This document shows, piece after piece, positions 58,950-64,000 of a DNA stretch of 64,000 nucleotides. The position numbers and the translations under genes were made by a program. Each line of letters starts with the position of its first letter. The first letter of the stretch is position 1. The stretch is from positions 1 through 64,000 of the IMG/VR virus record IMGVR_UViG_3300046786_000157; one strand, written 5' to 3'. The notes beneath the pieces were generated by a model. The model worked only from the letters and a program-made list of their open reading frames with translations. It was not told where the DNA came from and did not search any database. The stretch comes from a virus.

Positions 58950-60221
58950 ATGCAAGATCCAATCGTAGTAGAAAATTTAGTTAAACACGGAAAGCACTTC
59001 TGTGTATTGCCCTGGGTACACTTCCATTCATGGCCTGACGGTCGTGTAATGCCCTGTTGTATTGCTGACAGTAACAAACCAGTTGCTAATATCAACAATA
59101 ACGAATCCGTTATTCAAATGATGAATAGCGAAGATTACAAAAAGATGCGTACTAGTATGCTTAACGATGAACCCGTCGAAGCATGTAAGCGTTGCTATGA
59201 CTTAGAATTGATGGGCACATGGACAATGCGCCAAAGTCACAACAAGCGTAGAGGATTAGACTACGTTAAAGACATTAGCGAAACTACAAAAGATGACGGT
59301 GAAATCACTGAATTCAAAATGAAGTATATGGATTTGCGCTTCAGTAGCATTTGTAACATGAAATGTCGTAGTTGTGGTCCAGGTTGTTCTAGTCTATGGG
59401 CGCAAGAGTTTGTAGACAGAATGGGTACAGACGAATATGAGAAGTATTTTGGTACTAGAAAGATTGTGATTAATGCGTCAGAAGAAATGAGCTTTATGAA
59501 CAAACTAAAGCCATACTTGAAAGACGTATTAGAAGTATACTTTGCAGGTGGTGAGATTATTATCACACCTGAACACTATGAATGTCTTGACTATTGGATT
59601 GAGAACGGGTTGAATGAGCAAATTGAATTAACTTATACAACAAACTTTAGTTCATTGAAATTCAAAGACAAAGACTTGATCGGTTATTGGAAGAAGTTCC
59701 CCAAGCTTAAGATTTGGGCTAGCTTAGATGCTGATGGTGACGTAGCAGAATTAATTCGCAAAGGTACTGATTGGGATCGAATTGTAAAGAACATTAGAGC
59801 AGTTAAAGAACAAGTTCCTCATGCTGAGTTTCAGATTACTCCTACAATTAGTATATGGAATGTGTTTGACTTCCCTGACTTCTTTGACTATATGTTAGAT
59901 GAAGGGTTTATTGATACTAAGAGTAGCCCACGATTCAATTTAGCAACTAATCCGTGGTATGCAAATATCATGATTCTACCTAAACACGTTAAGCGTAGAC
60001 TAACTGAATTGTATCGTATCTATCAGGATCGTTACAAAGACAACCCTGACATTCACAATGGATTCAAAATGATTATCTACAATTTGAATGTGGGTGAAGA
60101 AAACAAAGGTGGCATCTTAGAATTCAAGAAATTCAATGATGAATTAGATCAGTTTAGAAAAGAAAAGATAACAGATGTTATCCCAGAACTTAAAGAGGTG
60201 TACGAGTGGGCAGAAAGTTAA
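58950..60221 (+). CDS. Radical SAM enzyme 4 with N-terminal SPASM/twitch-like domain
   Basis: CNMKCRSC and AGGEII; N-terminal FCVLPWVH...DGRVMPCC...CKRC. Confidence 0.93.
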   Translation: MQDPIVVENLVKHGKHFCVLPWVHFHSWPDGRVMPCCIADSNKPVANINNNESVIQMMNSEDYKKMRTSMLNDEPVEACKRCYDLELMGTWTMRQSHNKRRGLDYVKDISETTKDDGEITEFKMKYMDLRFSSICNMKCRSCGPGCSSLWAQEFVDRMGTDEYEKYFGTRKIVINASEEMSFMNKLKPYLKDVLEVYFAGGEIIITPEHYECLDYWIENGLNEQIELTYTTNFSSLKFKDKDLIGYWKKFPKLKIWASLDADGDVAELIRKGTDWDRIVKNIRAVKEQVPHAEFQITPTISIWNVFDFPDFFDYMLDEGFIDTKSSPRFNLATNPWYANIMILPKHVKRRLTELYRIYQDRYKDNPDIHNGFKMIIYNLNVGEENKGGILEFKKFNDELDQFRKEKITDVIPELKEVYEWAES

Positions 60222-61174
60222 TCGCAATTGAAGCCCCAGAACCGTACATTGCAGTAACATGGCAAGTTAACAACTATTGTAACTTCAAATGCAGTTATTG
60301 CAACCCGGGCAATTGGGGAGGAGAGAATCCTAATGATGGTAACTTAGACAAGTACATTGAGAACTTGGGAGTTATCATCAATCGCTATAAAGAAGTAGGG
60401 TATAAGAACTTTAAATTCTTCTTTAGTGGTGGAGAACCTACAGCTTGGCGTAACTTTATTCCTATCTGTGAATGGTTAAAACAAGAGATCCCTGATTGTA
60501 CTCTCGCAGTCAATACTAATCTAAGTCGTCCGTTAGCTTGGTGGCAGAAACATTATCATTTGTTTGATGACATTGTTGCAAGCTTTCACGTTGAATTCAG
60601 TAACAAAGAAAAGTATAAAGAAAACAATATCTTCTTATGTGACAAAGTGAACTATCTTTGCACAAAGATGCTGATGCATGAAGAAAGATTCTGGGAGATC
60701 GTTGAGTACGGTGAGCATTTGAAAACAGTAATGCCTAATTACGTATTAGAATGGACTCCGTTGTACGATGAATTGAGCGTGAATGCAGGTCCATGGCAGT
60801 ATAAAGACCCTGAGAAAGAAAAGTTCCTCAATGAACACAACACTGAGATGAACTTTACAGTTGACAAACCCTACAATCCTAGCAAATGCGTAAGCTATAA
60901 CAGATACGAAGATGATTATGTTTGCCCAACAAACAGTAATGAAATCATTGTAGACCGACAAAACTTCTTTAGTGGGTGGCAATGTAATGTGGGGGATAGT
61001 ATTTTTATCAACCCTACAGGTCTTGTGAGCTTTGCAAGTTGCGGAATGGGTGGCATTGTAGGGCATATTTTAGAAGATGTAAGCAATATTGGTCCCAAGA
61101 AGATTACATGTAGAAAAGAACATTGTATTTGTGGAACTGATATTATCATCCCCAAAGTTATGAGCAATAAATAA
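60206..61174 (+). CDS. Radical SAM enzyme 5 with C-terminal twitch-like Cys cluster
   Basis: N-terminal CNFKCSYC and SGGEPT; C-terminal WQCNVG..IFINPTGLVSFASC...CRKEHCIC. GTG start. Confidence 0.9.
   Translation: MGRKLIAIEAPEPYIAVTWQVNNYCNFKCSYCNPGNWGGENPNDGNLDKYIENLGVIINRYKEVGYKNFKFFFSGGEPTAWRNFIPICEWLKQEIPDCTLAVNTNLSRPLAWWQKHYHLFDDIVASFHVEFSNKEKYKENNIFLCDKVNYLCTKMLMHEERFWEIVEYGEHLKTVMPNYVLEWTPLYDELSVNAGPWQYKDPEKEKFLNEHNTEMNFTVDKPYNPSKCVSYNRYEDDYVCPTNSNEIIVDRQNFFSGWQCNVGDSIFINPTGLVSFASCGMGGIVGHILEDVSNIGPKKITCRKEHCICGTDIIIPKVMSNK
61166..61173 (+). promoter_or_regulatory. Possible internal late promoter AATAAATA
   Basis: Sequence AATAAATA-aata-ATG(61178), with no SD. It overlaps a stop codon in an AT-rich context. 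Confidence 0.4.
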
Positions 61175-61177
61175 ATA

Positions 61178-62488
61178 ATGTCTGAAAAAATTAAAGTCGT
61201 TTACAGTTGGATAGGACCACGTGGTCCTATGATGAATACAGAGTTGCCAAACATACTGAGTATGGCTGCAGTTGCTACAGGTGCAAATACATCTAGTCAC
61301 AACTTTTGGGCTGATAACATTTGGCATGTAATATTCAATAACCCTGATGAAAACTATACATTATCGTCATCTATGATGATAGATGATAGAGATACATATA
61401 TCTTCCCGTTCACATTAACATGGCGTATTCCATTTGAATCATATTTCTTACCTAAATCGGGTATTATGGAATTCTCGCACTGCCCACAGCATATCATTCA
61501 TCATGTTAGAAATAGCAAAGGATATTTCTTACTAGACATGAGCGCAGAAGCTTATGTTAAGGATCAGCAATTAGATTTGATGCATTCTTACTTTAGATAT
61601 CACAACGGTATCCCAATGAACAAAATCATATATCTGACAGGGTGTATGAATGCACAAGAATTGTATGATGATTATTGCAACAGACGAGGAATTGATATAC
61701 ATGATAGAATGATTCTATTATCATTCCCTATATCACAAGATGCATTAGCATTGCATTTAGGATCTAATCCACCTGTACCTGAATATGATGTTAACAAGAT
61801 TCCTGAGAAGTTGTTCCTAACATGGAACAGACGTTATCGCCCGCATCGCACAATGTTGGCTTTAGGATTAGAAAAATTAAATCTTATTGATAGATGTTAT
61901 GTTAGCATGTGTAAACATGATCCCGAAAATCGTGCTATCACTTTCGATAGTACAGTACATCCAAACATAATGACATATCTCAATCTGTCAAATGAAGACA
62001 TTGATAGATTTGTAGCTAAGTTGCCGTTAATATTGGACGGCGAAACTAACGTCAATCAGATGTGTCAGGACTTTGATAATGCCGCACGTAATTACTATCA
62101 GAATAGCTTAGTAAGTATTGTAACTGAAACGAACTTTGACTTACCTGAACTAACGTTGACAGAAAAGTCATTTAAGCCTAGCAAAGAAAAACATCCGTTT
62201 ATGATTATGGGTGTTCCTGGATGCTTGAAAGCATTGCGTGATTTTGGATTCAAAACATTTGGGGAGTTCTGGGACGAATCGTATGATGAGATCGGCGATC
62301 CTTATATTAGAATGAATGCCATACTAAAGATTTGTGATGATATTAGTAGATGGGACGAGCATAAGATACGTGACTTCAGAACTAAAGTAAAGCCGATATT
62401 GGATCATAACTATGAAGCATTAAAAGTAAAGTCTAGTAGAATTGTTTCTAAAAGAATTAAACAAATAATTAACGAAAGATATCCATGA
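61178..62488 (+). CDS. Uncharacterised protein, possibly a GT-B/sugar-modifying enzyme
   Basis: C-terminal FLTWNRRYRPHR...SIVTETNF...LTEKSFKP...HPFMIMG.PG.LK.LR.FGFKTF...WDESYD pattern; located in the sugar operon. The fold assignment is my inference. Confidence 0.4.
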   Translation: MSEKIKVVYSWIGPRGPMMNTELPNILSMAAVATGANTSSHNFWADNIWHVIFNNPDENYTLSSSMMIDDRDTYIFPFTLTWRIPFESYFLPKSGIMEFSHCPQHIIHHVRNSKGYFLLDMSAEAYVKDQQLDLMHSYFRYHNGIPMNKIIYLTGCMNAQELYDDYCNRRGIDIHDRMILLSFPISQDALALHLGSNPPVPEYDVNKIPEKLFLTWNRRYRPHRTMLALGLEKLNLIDRCYVSMCKHDPENRAITFDSTVHPNIMTYLNLSNEDIDRFVAKLPLILDGETNVNQMCQDFDNAARNYYQNSLVSIVTETNFDLPELTLTEKSFKPSKEKHPFMIMGVPGCLKALRDFGFKTFGEFWDESYDEIGDPYIRMNAILKICDDISRWDEHKIRDFRTKVKPILDHNYEALKVKSSRIVSKRIKQIINERYP

Positions 62489-63462
62489 AAAAGATTGTAG
62501 TGTGTGGTGCAGGTGGATTCATTGGTACACATTTAGTAGAGAAATTAAAAGAGCAGGGACACTATGTAATTGGTGTCGACCTACATTACCCACTATATGA
62601 TGAAACTAAAGCTGATGAGTTTATTATCGCTGATTTAAGAGTATATAGTAATGTTGACCACGTTATCCGTAGTGACGTTGATGAGATTTATCAATTAGCC
62701 GCTGACATGGGTGGCGCCGGGTATATCTTTACAGGTGAGCATGACGCTGATATCATGCACAATAGCTGCCAGATCAACTTAAACGTATTAGACGTTATGA
62801 AGAAGAAGGCTATTAAGAAGGTCTTTTACAGTTCTAGTGCATGTATGTATCCAAGTCACAATCAGGAAGATCCTGATAATCCTCTACTGAGTGAAGACAG
62901 CGCATATCCTGCTAATCCAGACAGTGAGTATGGTTGGGAGAAACTATTCAGCGAACGTCTATATCTTACATACGCACGTAACTATAATATTGATGTTCGT
63001 ATCGCCCGCTTTCACAACATCTTTGGCCCACGTGGGTCATGGAACAATGGTAAAGAGAAAGCCCCTGCCGCATTGTGTCGCAAAGTAGCAATGTGTGAAG
63101 AAGGTGGCATCATTGATGTTTGGGGCCCGGGTATACAAACACGATCCTTCTTATTCATTGATGAATGTATTGAGGGTATCCAACGTATCATGGAAAGTAA
63201 TTGTACAGTCCCAGTTAACTTAGGTAGCACACGTATGATATCAATCAACAATCTAGTATACCTAATTGCAAAGTTAACTAACAAGAATTTATCAATTAGA
63301 AACATTGACGGACCGCGCGGCGTTATGGGTCGTAACAGTGACAACAGATTAATAAAAGAAATGATTAATTGGGTTCCTGATGAAGACTTAGAAGCAGGAC
63401 TAGTAAAAACATATGCCTGGATTAATGAACAGATTACGTTGAATAAACAGGACGTAGAATGA
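62485..63462 (+). CDS. NAD-dependent epimerase, GDP-mannose 3,5-epimerase-like (extended SDR)
   Basis: Motifs GAGGFIG, QLAADMGGAGYI, YSSSACMYP, EYGWEK (YxxxK), RFHNIFGP, GKEKAPAALCRK and QTRSFLFIDEC. Confidence 0.88.
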   Translation: MKKIVVCGAGGFIGTHLVEKLKEQGHYVIGVDLHYPLYDETKADEFIIADLRVYSNVDHVIRSDVDEIYQLAADMGGAGYIFTGEHDADIMHNSCQINLNVLDVMKKKAIKKVFYSSSACMYPSHNQEDPDNPLLSEDSAYPANPDSEYGWEKLFSERLYLTYARNYNIDVRIARFHNIFGPRGSWNNGKEKAPAALCRKVAMCEEGGIIDVWGPGIQTRSFLFIDECIEGIQRIMESNCTVPVNLGSTRMISINNLVYLIAKLTNKNLSIRNIDGPRGVMGRNSDNRLIKEMINWVPDEDLEAGLVKTYAWINEQITLNKQDVE

Positions 63463-64000
63463 CAAGTTGCTATGTGATTCATCATCAACAAGCATACGAC
63501 AATACATGGGATAAAGAAATCAGTGAGATAAAAACACTAAACCCTGATAGAATTATTCTCGAATGCTTGGAAGAACAAGAATGGAATTACATATTTAGAC
63601 ATTTCTTAGACAACATATTGCCATGGGTTAGAGAACATAACAAAGTAATACAAGTATTAGCGCCCGATATCGGTAATGTTGTGATGGAACATGTAGAAGT
63701 TTATCCGACAGTCGGTGTGATGCTAATGCAAGCAAATGATGTTGACAAGTGGATCAAGCAATCACATGATGCGGGTTTGGAAGAAAGATACATAGCTAAA
63801 AGATTTCCAAAAGTTCAATTTCCATTGTTGTTTAATTGCTACATTAATAAATATAGCCTTGAAAGAAGGAAGCTTATTGATGCATTATCTAAAGAGAATT
63901 TATTAAATGAGGGTATAGTAACTTGTCACTTCACTGCGGGTGAATGGACTCATCATGATGGGTCTAAGATAGTAGACCCGGCTGAACCTGATTTTGAACT
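63459..64000 (+). CDS. Uncharacterised protein, 3'-truncated; probable paralog of the 61178 gene
   Basis: Not in the ORF track. The frame is open from the ATG at 63459 (ATGA overlap) to the window end: MTSCYVIHHQQAYDNTWDKEI...LLFNCYINKYSLERRKLIDALSKENLLNEGIVT. Confidence 0.7.
   Translation, partial: MTSCYVIHHQQAYDNTWDKEISEIKTLNPDRIILECLEEQEWNYIFRHFLDNILPWVREHNKVIQVLAPDIGNVVMEHVEVYPTVGVMLMQANDVDKWIKQSHDAGLEERYIAKRFPKVQFPLLFNCYINKYSLERRKLIDALSKENLLNEGIVTCHFTAGEWTHHDGSKIVDPAEPDFE

Noticed and set aside
51891-61174. RiPP precursor peptide for the radical SAM-SPASM enzymes
   Set aside because: There is no intergenic space or small leader/core-type ORF in the operon. A precursor elsewhere in the genome, or a virion protein substrate, remains possible.
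1-64000. tRNA, rRNA, transposon or integrase
   Set aside because: None recognised; apart from 9954-10467 the intergenic gaps are too short for these features.

Overview
This is a 64-kb, AT-rich, densely coding segment of a large, divergent T4-like myophage genome, read in the standard genetic code. On the minus strand it holds the head module (gp20 portal, two prohead-core genes, gp21, gp22, and gp23 truncated at the window edge), a tape-measure-like protein with a C-terminal M15 peptidase, and a gp55-gp47-[sulfotransferase, hypothetical]-gp46-resolvase block. On the plus strand it holds gp26/gp51 and a baseplate module (gp48/54-like, gp53, hub, gp5, gp25, gp6, and a 6409-aa gp7-like protein), followed by fibre and virion genes. 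A translationally coupled operon of more than 12 kb then follows, encoding three GT-A glycosyltransferase-like proteins, five tandem radical-SAM enzymes (four with an N-terminal SPASM/twitch-like cluster domain), a GDP-mannose 3,5-epimerase-like enzyme and two paralogous unknown proteins. A (C/A)TAA(A/G)TA late-promoter motif precedes most late genes, several of which look leaderless. The strongest leads are (i) the late GT/radical-SAM/epimerase operon as a candidate virion-glycan or surface-modification pathway, (ii) a ~510-nt, highly structured intergenic region between convergent genes, and (iii) a gp5 spike carrying a long C-terminal cargo. All calls come from reading motifs by eye; no database search or folding program was run. 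No tRNA, CRISPR array, intron or transposon was recognised.
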